64,000 nucleotides of DNA from Omnitrophica bacterium GWA2_41_15 (GTDB lineage: Bacteria; Omnitrophota; Gorgyraeia; Gygaellales; UBA12090). Shown piece after piece: positions 43,340 through 51,420 of the stretch. The position numbers were made by a program, and so were the translations under genes. Each line of letters starts with the position of its first letter. Within the stretch, counting starts at the first letter, position 1. The stretch spans positions 12,942 to 76,941 of the forward strand of contig CAKKRH010000007.1 of NCBI GenBank assembly GCA_919902675.1. The letters run 5' to 3'. The notes under the pieces were generated by a model that worked only from the letters and a program-made list of their open reading frames with translations, ran no database searches and was not told the DNA's origin.

Positions 43340-44586
43340 TTACTTTCCTTAACGTTTTCCTCTTCCTTCTTGATTTTCTCTTCCAGCTCTTTTCTTTCTT
43401 TCAGCAGACTGCTTTGCTTCTCAGTTAACGTTTTAAGCTGGCCGATAACACGGGTGGCCTCTTTGGCTTTTTCCGCGACATCCTGGGCCAAGAGCCGGCC
43501 TTCCTGCTTCTGTTTTTCTTCATCAAGACTATTATCTAAGCCAGACTGCTTATTCTTCTGCATCCGCACAGATAGATCAGGAGTAATTATGGTGGGTGAA
43601 ATAAATATAAGCAATTCCGTCTTATCCACCGTATCCTTCTTGCTCTTAAAAAGATATCCTAAAAATGGCATATCCCCTAATAAAGGAACCTTAGTCTCTC
43701 CCTTAGTGCTTTTTTCCTTAATTAATCCGCCGATAATCAGGGTCTGGCCGTTTTTTACCACTACCTTAGTGGAAGCGCTGCGTTTATCAATCACCGGAAC
43801 TGTGTAAGGCACTGAGGTTGTGCCCTGGGTAACAGTCAGAGTGTAATCCGAGGTCTTATCGCTTATCTCCGGGTTAAGCACCATAGTAATATTGCCGTCG
43901 TTATTTATAATCGGCGTAGTTTTAAGGATAATCCCCACTTCCTCAAAATTAATTTTCCAGCTTACCGTAACGCTCCCGGAATCACCGGTAACCTGCACAT
44001 CCGGTTCAGCCCAGGGGAGGGATTGAATCACCTTAATTTCCGCCTCCCGATTATTCACCGTAGCCACCCGGGGCGCTGAAAGAACATTAGTATCCAGAGA
44101 ATTAGCCAAGGCCTGAAGTATAACATTTATATCTTCATCAAATATGCCAAAAGTAAAAGGGGATTCCGAGGTTGTACCGGTAATCGGGGGATAATTAGTG
44201 TTTTTATATGAAATGTTCTGCTTCAGGCCCTCTGTGAATTGACCTAACGCGGAAGAACTTCCCAGCTCATACTGCCCGAAAGGCATATGCTTCTTATCAG
44301 CTAAAAGCTGCCAATTCACCCCCAGGGCGTGTTCTTTTTGCAGCTTCACCTCCACCACCCTGGCCTCAATCATTACCTGCTGAGAAGGCACATCTATCAT
44401 ATCTAAATATTCCTTCACCCGTTCCACATTCTCAGGATGGTCAATCACCACTATTGAATTTGGCTCATTGCCATAAAGCACTTTACCGCTGGACGATAGA
44501 AGGCTCCTGATGCTACTGTTTTGCTCCTGGGCCAAAACAGAAGCCACGCTAAAAATAGAAAACAGAAATATAAAGGCGTATTTCAT
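43336..44586 (-). CDS. secretin (GspD/PilQ C-terminal pore domain) with its own signal peptide
   Basis: MKYAFIFLFSIFSVASVLAQ is followed by an N1-type domain and the secretin core (VLSAPRVATVNNREAEIKV...VPLLGDMPFLGYLFK...LLIFISPTII). A coiled-coil tail follows. GGAGG precedes the ATG. Confidence 0.85.
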   Translation of the reverse strand: MKYAFIFLFSIFSVASVLAQEQNSSIRSLLSSSGKVLYGNEPNSIVVIDHPENVERVKEYLDMIDVPSQQVMIEARVVEVKLQKEHALGVNWQLLADKKHMPFGQYELGSSSALGQFTEGLKQNISYKNTNYPPITGTTSESPFTFGIFDEDINVILQALANSLDTNVLSAPRVATVNNREAEIKVIQSLPWAEPDVQVTGDSGSVTVSWKINFEEVGIILKTTPIINNDGNITMVLNPEISDKTSDYTLTVTQGTTSVPYTVPVIDKRSASTKVVVKNGQTLIIGGLIKEKSTKGETKVPLLGDMPFLGYLFKSKKDTVDKTELLIFISPTIITPDLSVRMQKNKQSGLDNSLDEEKQKQEGRLLAQDVAEKAKEATRVIGQLKTLTEKQSSLLKERKELEEKIKKEEENVKESN

Positions 44587-44608
44587 ATCCTAACCTCCTA
44601 TTGGCGAG

Positions 44609-45403
44609 TTAACTCCCAGCTGAGGAAGAAGCAATGTCGGATTGAGTATTATGTTCCACTTCCACAACATCCGACGCTTTTGAAGAAGCAGCATCGGATT
44701 GAGTATTACGTTCCACTCCCACAACATCCGACGCTTTTAAATATTTAAGCTTAAAAATCCGGCTAGACATCTTGTAGTCTACTTCCTTAAGATAATCCTC
44801 TACTTTCTTGATATTGGGCGGATAATCTATAACCATAATTGAATTAGGTTGTTGCCCCAGGAAAACCTGGCCTTTGGCGGATAAAAGGTCATAAATGGTA
44901 TTTTCTTTTTTAACCGTTTCCCCGTTCTCCGCGGAAGATAAAACGGTTCGCGCTTCAATATGCCTGAGGATAAAAATCTTGGTAATCAGGTTAGGCTTCA
45001 CCTTTATAAAACTGCCGTTTTTTTCAATAGTAAGATTAAGTGACTCGGCAACCGCTTCTAGAAATTGTTCCAGGGAAACACTGGTCATAGTAGCGGTTAT
45101 TTTTCCCTCTACCTCATTATCCACCAGCAGGTTAAGCTTATGATCATAGGCTAAAACCCGGAAAATATCCCTTATCTGGGCGTCTTTAAGCTCAAAAGAA
45201 TAAGCCTGATTTTCACTATCCAGGCGTTCTATTTTCATAACCGGCCCATCAGCCGGCGGCACTACTTCTTCCGCTTGAACATCCTTAGCGCTATCCACCA
45301 CCGAAGACTGCTCCCCTGCGCCTTCCGGCATTTGGGCATAAACAGATATATTTGTCCCAACAGAGAACAACATTGCTACCGCGATAATAATCAGAAAACT
45401 CAT
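44609..45403 (-). CDS. secretin N-terminal module protein (STN/N0-like plus one N1-like domain) encoded separately from the pore
   Basis: After the signal peptide, FELKDAQIRDIFRVLAYDHKLNLLVDNEVEGKITATMTSVSLEQFLEAV is STN/N0-like. Then LLSAKGQVFLGQQPNSIMVIDYPPNIKKVEDYLKEVD parallels LLSSSGKVLYGNEPNSIVVIDHPENVERVKEYLDMID in the next gene. Confidence 0.65.
   Translation of the reverse strand: MSFLIIIAVAMLFSVGTNISVYAQMPEGAGEQSSVVDSAKDVQAEEVVPPADGPVMKIERLDSENQAYSFELKDAQIRDIFRVLAYDHKLNLLVDNEVEGKITATMTSVSLEQFLEAVAESLNLTIEKNGSFIKVKPNLITKIFILRHIEARTVLSSAENGETVKKENTIYDLLSAKGQVFLGQQPNSIMVIDYPPNIKKVEDYLKEVDYKMSSRIFKLKYLKASDVVGVERNTQSDAASSKASDVVEVEHNTQSDIASSSAGS
44625..44738 (-). repeat. 2 x 57-bp in-frame tandem repeat at the 3' end of the secretin-N gene
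   Basis: The units at 44625-44681 and 44682-44738 differ at a few positions. They encode KASDVVGVERNTQSDAASS and KASDVVEVEHNTQSDIASS. Confidence 0.85.
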
Positions 45404-45849
45404 TTTTCGCTCCCCTTATTTAATATCAACAGATATTTCTGGCCACTCATATCCTTTAATGTAACCATTCGGGGCTGGATTTCAACTATTTTTTTACTAT
45501 TCGCGTCTATCTCATCCCCAACCTTACAGATCATCCCGTTGATAATCGCCTTGTTTTCTGTTTTTGCCTGAGAACAAAAAATAGCGCTCAGGTTAAAATA
45601 ATCCAGCACAACAGGCGCCGGCGGCTCTTTGGGCCCGAAAAGATCCCCCTCTTCTTCAAAACTAAGGAAAGGATTTAGTCTGACCGGCCCAGCAAGGAAA
45701 ACGATTTGCTCCTGCCTAATGACTGCCGCATCGGTTTTAGCCTCCGGCAGGACAGGCTGGCCAACAGCTATAGTTACATCCTGCTTCAAATATGCCGAAA
45801 ATAAGATTAACCACGAAATTATTATCTTGGCCGCTCTCTTATGGTTCAC
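45400..45849 (-). CDS. periplasmic protein, PilP/GspC-like C-terminal beta domain (weak)
   Basis: It has an N-terminal hydrophobic anchor. The C-terminus AIINGMICKVGDEIDANSKKIVEIQPRMVTLKD resembles the PilP/GspC pattern. It shows 4-nt overlap coupling with the next gene. Confidence 0.4.
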   Translation of the reverse strand: MNHKRAAKIIISWLILFSAYLKQDVTIAVGQPVLPEAKTDAAVIRQEQIVFLAGPVRLNPFLSFEEEGDLFGPKEPPAPVVLDYFNLSAIFCSQAKTENKAIINGMICKVGDEIDANSKKIVEIQPRMVTLKDMSGQKYLLILNKGSEK

Positions 45850-46033
45850 CGGCTCCCCCCATTATTTTCCTTAACTTAATAATATCTTCTTGGGTATAGC
45901 AACGCCAGCGATTAATCGAGTTCCTTCTGGGTTTAGGAAAAATCCCTTTTTTCTCATAACGGAATAAAGTCTGCTTGGAGATACCTAATCTTTCCACAGC
46001 CTCCTGAGTAGTAAGAAAGCGCATCCTTCTCAT
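45839..46033 (-). CDS. small helix-turn-helix DNA-binding protein (MerR/excisionase-type HTH)
   Basis: FLTTQEAVERLGISKQTLFRYEKKGIFPKP...RWRCYTQEDI is a typical HTH_17-like pattern. The protein is 64 aa. Confidence 0.65.
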   Translation of the reverse strand: MRRMRFLTTQEAVERLGISKQTLFRYEKKGIFPKPRRNSINRWRCYTQEDIIKLRKIMGGAGEP

Positions 46034-46105
46034 AATTTGTTAAACTTAGCTGATATTTAACTATATTAGATGTTACCTGGTAATATTTGACAATATCTAC
46101 TAATA

Positions 46106-46134
46106 CTTATATATAATAAGGCATAACTTGTCAA
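46106..46134 (-). promoter_or_regulatory. internal promoter candidate upstream of the HTH gene
   Basis: Minus strand reads CTTGACAAG with TTGACA at 46129-46134, a 17-nt spacer, then TATAAG (46106-46111). The region is AT-rich, so the chance of a spurious match is not negligible. Confidence 0.4.
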
Positions 46135-46167
46135 GTTTTAATTTAACTTTTTAAAAAGCGGGGATAT

Positions 46168-46698
46168 TTAAGGTGAAAGAGTATAGATGAGTAACTGCAG
46201 ATAAATTTTTTGGGCAGGCAAATAATTCTCGTCACGCTCAATCTTTAACATTTCAACCGTGAATAACCTTTCTGTGTTCATTAATTCTTCAAAAAAATAA
46301 AGGAAGGCGGAATAATCTCCCTGAAAATTAATTTCCAGGCGGGTGGGAACAAACCCGTCATCCAGCGGTAAAGATTCATCACTCACATCTATGGTAATAT
46401 CCTTAAGCCCGGTCCGGGCGGCCTGGCGCATAAGCGTTTTTATAAAAGCAAGCGGTTGTTTCTCGTTAGCCGGGACCCGTCTTAGAATTAAGGCTTCCTG
46501 AGTATCCAAGTCCTTGCTTTGCTTTTCCAGCTCTGACAGGCGGTTCTGCTGGCCTTGAAGCATCAGAAGCGCCTGTTTCTTTTTAGTTATTTCTTCTTCT
46601 AAACCCGCGTTGACTCTGATTTGACCAATGCAATAGGTAAGTAATATTCCCACCCCTAAAATGACCACGAGACTGGCCAAAACCACCGTCTTCTTCAT
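46168..46698 (-). CDS. pilO: PilO-like pilus assembly protein
   Basis: 176-aa ORF with an N-terminal TM, a coiled coil (KKKQALLMLQGQQNRLSELEKQ) and an alpha/beta C-domain. It sits immediately after the PilM-PilN gene with a 4-nt overlap. Confidence 0.55.
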   Translation of the reverse strand: MKKTVVLASLVVILGVGILLTYCIGQIRVNAGLEEEITKKKQALLMLQGQQNRLSELEKQSKDLDTQEALILRRVPANEKQPLAFIKTLMRQAARTGLKDITIDVSDESLPLDDGFVPTRLEINFQGDYSAFLYFFEELMNTERLFTVEMLKIERDENYLPAQKIYLQLLIYTLSP

Positions 46699-48512
46699 TT
46701 ACCCTCCGCTATCTCAGCGCTTAGGCTAAATTTCCTTATTCGTGAACCGGTAAGGCGCGATTCTTGTCCGTTACCTCCAAAATCAGCGCTATTTATCTGT
46801 TCTAGGCTTAAAGGCGTCAAGCTTACCTTGCTGAAGTATTGCGACGATTCCAACCGCCCTTTAAATAACTCAACTATCTCAAGGGCGCGCTCGTAATCCG
46901 CCAAGACCCAGGCTTCAATTTTCATTCTAAACGACGCGTCCTCAACGGCTCCCCCCAAAGCTATCTGCCCTGGACCCTCCTGCCGCTCAATAGATAAACT
47001 GCTCCTGGCGGCGGTAAATCTATTAAAAACAACCTCTCGCGGAATGAGATTGGTTATTATTCTTAACAGCGAATGAAACCTCTTGGTTTTATCGGAAAGA
47101 AGGTTAAACTTGAAAAATCGCTGATCCAGTATATTTTTCTGCTGGCTTAACGCGTTCATTCTTTCGCTAATATCTTTAAAACCGCTCAACTCTAAATCAA
47201 GCCGCGCGATTTGTTTTTGAAGATAACCCCTCTGGGCCAGGATATACCCGCCTGCCAGAATAAAAATAAAAGCCAACCCCAGGGCAATTAAGAATAATAC
47301 CGGACTCCACCGGGCGGCTGTTTCTTTACGCTTAAACTCCTTAGGAAGAAAATTAACGACCGCGTCCTCGCTGCCTTTAACCCAGGCCAGGCTAATAGCG
47401 TTAGCATATATGGCCGCGGACAAAATGATTTCATTGCTTATATTCTTTGTTTCTACCGCTTTCAAATTGGCAAAAGGCTTAACAATCCCGCCTTCCCCGC
47501 CAATTAGTCCGGCCAGCATGGAAACAAGATTTTTTATCAGGCATCCCCCTCCCAGAAAATAAACACTCTCTACCCTCCTGCCCGCGGAATGTTCTTTATA
47601 ATAAATAAATGTCCGCCTTAATTCTTGAATCATTCTTTCAATGTGTGCCTGCCAAAGCATTCTTAATTCCAGACGATTTATTCTGGAGGCGCCTGGAAGC
47701 GATGGATCCTTGCCGGCTTCATATTTTTGGCGCATTATTTCTTCAACAATCGCCACTTTATTCTTAATATCAAAATCTACCTGGGGCACGCCCTCTTCTC
47801 TTATTATTCTTTCCGCTTCCGCGGGCGAAATACCTAACTGAGCGGAAATATCCTTTGCAATATCCCGCAGGGAATAACCCAGGCTTCGCGTAGAAACTAA
47901 TTTTCCATTCCTGGAAATAGAAATATTTAAATTACTCACCCCCAGGTCAACGAAAGCGATATCCTCATCCTTTTTCCAAGTCTCTTTGGGCGACAGATAG
48001 GCTATCGTGCAAGGAGAAGGAGCAATTAAAGAAGGAATAATGTCCGCGTTTTTACAAAGGTCGAGTATTCTCTGGACATGTTTATTTTCAGTCCTGATTA
48101 CCGAAACTTCAAACTTACGATTATCAGGACTGCCGCTTTCACCAACAAAAGAACATTCAAAATTATGATCCGCGGTAGAGGCAGGGATCATTGTGCGTTT
48201 GGCTTCAACTATGGCCGCCAAAAACAATTCCGACATATTCATTTTCGGCAAAGACACAACTATAGTAGATATATATTCCGGCGCCAGCGTTATCGCGACT
48301 TTGGATCTTCTAAGCCTGGAGAGAGAAATAAAGGTAAAAATCTGTTTCCAGAAGCCAGATGGATCAATTTCTTTTGAAACGGCATCCGGCTGAAAAACCG
48401 CGTAAGGAGTTTTAAATATGAAAACATTTGACAAGAGGAGGGTTTTTCTTCGCTCCATCCTGGCTATCTTGGTAGTATCCGCCCCTATGTCTATAGCTAT
48501 TATCTCCACCAC
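46695..48512 (-). CDS. PilM-PilN fusion protein
   Basis: The N-terminal actin-like ATPase fold (IIAIDIGADTTKIA...FVDLGVSNLNISI...LGGGC) is PilM. After a TM (WSPVLFLIALGLAFIFILAGGYIL), a coiled coil and a PilN-like periplasmic domain follow. Confidence 0.7.
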   Translation of the reverse strand: MVEIIAIDIGADTTKIARMERRKTLLLSNVFIFKTPYAVFQPDAVSKEIDPSGFWKQIFTFISLSRLRRSKVAITLAPEYISTIVVSLPKMNMSELFLAAIVEAKRTMIPASTADHNFECSFVGESGSPDNRKFEVSVIRTENKHVQRILDLCKNADIIPSLIAPSPCTIAYLSPKETWKKDEDIAFVDLGVSNLNISISRNGKLVSTRSLGYSLRDIAKDISAQLGISPAEAERIIREEGVPQVDFDIKNKVAIVEEIMRQKYEAGKDPSLPGASRINRLELRMLWQAHIERMIQELRRTFIYYKEHSAGRRVESVYFLGGGCLIKNLVSMLAGLIGGEGGIVKPFANLKAVETKNISNEIILSAAIYANAISLAWVKGSEDAVVNFLPKEFKRKETAARWSPVLFLIALGLAFIFILAGGYILAQRGYLQKQIARLDLELSGFKDISERMNALSQQKNILDQRFFKFNLLSDKTKRFHSLLRIITNLIPREVVFNRFTAARSSLSIERQEGPGQIALGGAVEDASFRMKIEAWVLADYERALEIVELFKGRLESSQYFSKVSLTPLSLEQINSADFGGNGQESRLTGSRIRKFSLSAEIAEGK

Positions 48513-49718
48513 CTAATCTCCAATAACCTGTGCCAACTGAAACATAGGCAGCAGGACCGAAATAGCGATACCCCCCACTACTACGCCTATCACCACAATC
48601 ATTGCCGGCTCAAAAAAAGTAAACATCATTTTTATGGTCGCGGGAACTTCCCGGTCATAAAATAGATTGACCTTGTCCAAGGCCTCAGGAAGCGAGCCTG
48701 ACTGTTCGCCCACACCAATCATACGCACCACAAGCGGGGGAAAATCTCCAGTTGCCTGCAAAGAGGTAGAAATCTTTTCTCCCACATTCACTGAATCGCG
48801 CGCCTTGGCCACTGAACGCTCTAAACGGATATTACCGACCACTTCACTGGCAATATCTAAGGAGGACAAAACAGTCACCCCTGACTTCAAAGATATGGCA
48901 AAGGTGCGACAAAACCTGGAGAGGGCAACCTTGCGTAAAAGCTCTCCAAAAACAGGTAGCTTTAGCTTAAAATTGTCTATCACATACCTGCCTCCCGGTG
49001 TAGAATAATAAAATTTATACCCGACGACCAGTAAAACCGGTGTCGCCAGACACAGATACCAAAAACTACGGACAAAACTACTTACTCCTAACACAATACG
49101 GGTGGGCAAAGGCAAAGATATCCCCCCCTGGGCAAACAACGGTTCAAAAATAGGAATCACCTTGACTACTAGTAAAATCACCACCCCCATCATCGCGCAA
49201 ATAAGCGTGAGCGGATAGACCATAGCCTCAGTCATCTTTGACTTCAATTCCAACTGCCACTCCAGAAGTCCAATCAAGTCTTTAAGGGCGCTCAATAATT
49301 TGCCTGTACTTTCTCCGGCGCCCACAATAGACGTATATATCTTCGGAAAAGATTTAGGATGATAGGATAACGATTCCCGCAGGGACATTCCGCCTTCCAC
49401 GCGCAGACGTATATCCTCAATCAGCTTACGGACGTCATCTACCGCGGCGTCTCTGGCTAAATCCCCCAAAGCCGAAGAAAGATGCGCTCCGGAATCAAGC
49501 AAAGCGTAAAGATGAATGGTAAAGGTAAGGACATCCCTGGGCTTAAGCCGACGGAGTCTATAATTTACCTTAACGGGGTTGGCGACAACTTTGGCGCGGA
49601 TAAGATAGTGCCCTAGGCCGGAAACCTTATTGGCCAGATCCAGATCATTTTCGGCCGGGATAACGCCGTGCAGGACCTTCCCCAAACTATCACTGGCAGT
49701 ATAGGAATAGGTTTGCAT
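48513..49718 (-). CDS. pilC: type II secretion system F family platform protein (PilC/GspF)
   Basis: 401-aa ORF with a duplicated T2SSF domain, three TM segments and a C-terminal ...PMFQL pattern. Confidence 0.9.
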   Translation of the reverse strand: MQTYSYTASDSLGKVLHGVIPAENDLDLANKVSGLGHYLIRAKVVANPVKVNYRLRRLKPRDVLTFTIHLYALLDSGAHLSSALGDLARDAAVDDVRKLIEDIRLRVEGGMSLRESLSYHPKSFPKIYTSIVGAGESTGKLLSALKDLIGLLEWQLELKSKMTEAMVYPLTLICAMMGVVILLVVKVIPIFEPLFAQGGISLPLPTRIVLGVSSFVRSFWYLCLATPVLLVVGYKFYYSTPGGRYVIDNFKLKLPVFGELLRKVALSRFCRTFAISLKSGVTVLSSLDIASEVVGNIRLERSVAKARDSVNVGEKISTSLQATGDFPPLVVRMIGVGEQSGSLPEALDKVNLFYDREVPATIKMMFTFFEPAMIVVIGVVVGGIAISVLLPMFQLAQVIGD

Positions 49719-49797
49719 TACTCTCCATATTTACAAAACACAATGCCTTATTTCTCACTTCCGCGCTTAAACAGGAAGTCTGCTTTGATTATAAGTT

Positions 49798-49826
49798 GTT
49801 ATAAATTAAAAGCGCCGGCTTGTCAA
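49798..49826 (-). promoter_or_regulatory. sigma70-type promoter of the pilus operon
   Basis: Minus strand reads CTTGACAAG with TTGACA at 49821-49826, a 17-nt spacer, then TATAAC (49798-49803). A leader of about 75 nt with GGAGAG precedes the pilC ATG. Confidence 0.55.
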
Positions 49827-49929
49827 GCTATAAAAACACCAGAATTACTTATCCACCACTTGCTTCCTTATACATAATTTTGAATATCCTACTTTTCATT
49901 TATCGAAAATATACTTATCCAATCGATAA

Positions 49930-50658
49930 TTACAGGCCGCCTATTTTCTTCCCGTCAATTATCGCGGAAGCCAAGACACGCGTCTCAGCAGAAATTTCCA
50001 TCTCTTTATCTTTAGCGCTTTCGGTAGTAATGCGAACTTCTTTTACTTTACCCACGCCCCGAGCAAGCCAAAAAATGCGATTTTCTTTTCCATGGCTCTC
50101 CGTATTTGCCCAATCAACATCAAGAGAGAATTTTAAACAATCAGAAAATTTTCCCGCAGGCACCGCGACATCCTCGGCTGATACAAGCTTTATCTGAACA
50201 TTTACCCTGAAATCTCCTATTTTTTTATTATCAAATGCGCTAATTACAAGATTGGTAGAATAATTTACACTTCCTCCAATTTCAATATTTCCTGGCACCT
50301 CTATATTTGGCGGATCAAATATTCTATAATTCTCATCTTCCATATCGACTGTTTTATATTTCTTTACACCTTCCGAATCGAAAGCAAAACACTCATATTC
50401 GTAGTCTATGGAATTTAATCCGGAATATAATTTTACGGTATTTGTCCCAGATATTATTTCTTCGCCATTAATCCTTAAGGTTTCTTCACTGCCTCCGCCT
50501 TCTTTTGTTGCGTATGTCCAAGTATTTCCTTGATGTAAAGGATAAAACTCTTCTGTTATATTAGCGGCTAAAGCAAAATTGGCAGGCATAATTAACATCA
50601 TTATTAAAAAGAGGGTGATATGTTTCACGTTTGCCTGAAAAAATATCTTTTCTTCCAT
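49930..50658 (-). CDS. secreted beta-rich hypothetical protein
   Basis: The preferred start is MEEKIFFQANVKHITLFLIMMLIMPANFALA (signal peptide). The mature part begins EEFYPLHQGNTWTY. No family recognised. The track start at 50724 overlaps the upstream gene. Confidence 0.5.
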   Translation of the reverse strand: MEEKIFFQANVKHITLFLIMMLIMPANFALAANITEEFYPLHQGNTWTYATKEGGGSEETLRINGEEIISGTNTVKLYSGLNSIDYEYECFAFDSEGVKKYKTVDMEDENYRIFDPPNIEVPGNIEIGGSVNYSTNLVISAFDNKKIGDFRVNVQIKLVSAEDVAVPAGKFSDCLKFSLDVDWANTESHGKENRIFWLARGVGKVKEVRITTESAKDKEMEISAETRVLASAIIDGKKIGGL

Positions 50659-50684
50659 TTTTTCCTCCCGCGTAAGTAACGAAG

Positions 50685-51410
50685 TTAGACAAAAAACCCA
50701 TGCCGAAGCTTGTGCCATGACCAAAGCATTTCAACAACTTTTGCTCTAAACGAACTAAAACTTGCTCCCGTAGGCTTACCTTTCTTGCGAGGATAATGCC
50801 TCACCTCTATCTCTTTAACAAGATATCCTTTTTTCAAAGCTTTTATCAACATTTCAGCGTTAATAAATCCTCCCGTACTTTCTAATTGCAATTCATCAAG
50901 CACCGACTTCTTAATCAGTTTGAAACCACAGGTTATATCTTTTATATTTATTTTAAACAATAGGCAAATTAAGAAATTATATAATTTCCCAACCAAAGCT
51001 CTATATAATTGGTCATGGCGAACTGCTCGCTTGCCAATGATAATGTCAAAATTATCTATGTGCGGGACAAACTTGTGCAAATCGGAGATAAGGAATTGTC
51101 CATCCGCGTCCATAAAAAACACCGAAGGATATTTTGAGCTCCTGAAACCACTTAACAACGCTCCGCCATATCCTATATTTCTTGGCAAACAAATCACTTT
51201 TAGGCGCGGAAAGACACAAGACAATCTCTCTATGGCATTACTGCTCTGATCTTCACTTCCATCGTCCACCACAATCACTTCGTAATTCTTAGCCATATTC
51301 GGGATAAAATTCATTACCGATTGGACAATATATTCTATATTGTCCTCTTCATTATATACTGGCAAAACTACAGATATTCCTTTTTCTGCGCTATTCATAC
51401 ATATTTCCAC
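50685..51410 (-). CDS. family 2 glycosyltransferase, polyprenyl-phosphate sugar synthase-like (soluble form)
   Basis: ISVVLPVYNEEDNI...YEVIVVDDGSEDQS...FFMDADGQ are GT2/DPM1-like motifs. No C-terminal TM. Confidence 0.8.
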   Translation of the reverse strand: MEICMNSAEKGISVVLPVYNEEDNIEYIVQSVMNFIPNMAKNYEVIVVDDGSEDQSSNAIERLSCVFPRLKVICLPRNIGYGGALLSGFRSSKYPSVFFMDADGQFLISDLHKFVPHIDNFDIIIGKRAVRHDQLYRALVGKLYNFLICLLFKINIKDITCGFKLIKKSVLDELQLESTGGFINAEMLIKALKKGYLVKEIEVRHYPRKKGKPTGASFSSFRAKVVEMLWSWHKLRHGFFV

Positions 51411-51420
51411 GTTCTGATTT

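Noticed and set aside
46081-46115. Plus-strand promoter-like TTGACA-17-TATATA in the pilO-HTH gap.
   Set aside because: No plus-strand gene follows it. In this AT-rich spacer such matches are expected by chance, and the minus-strand candidate has a gene to serve.
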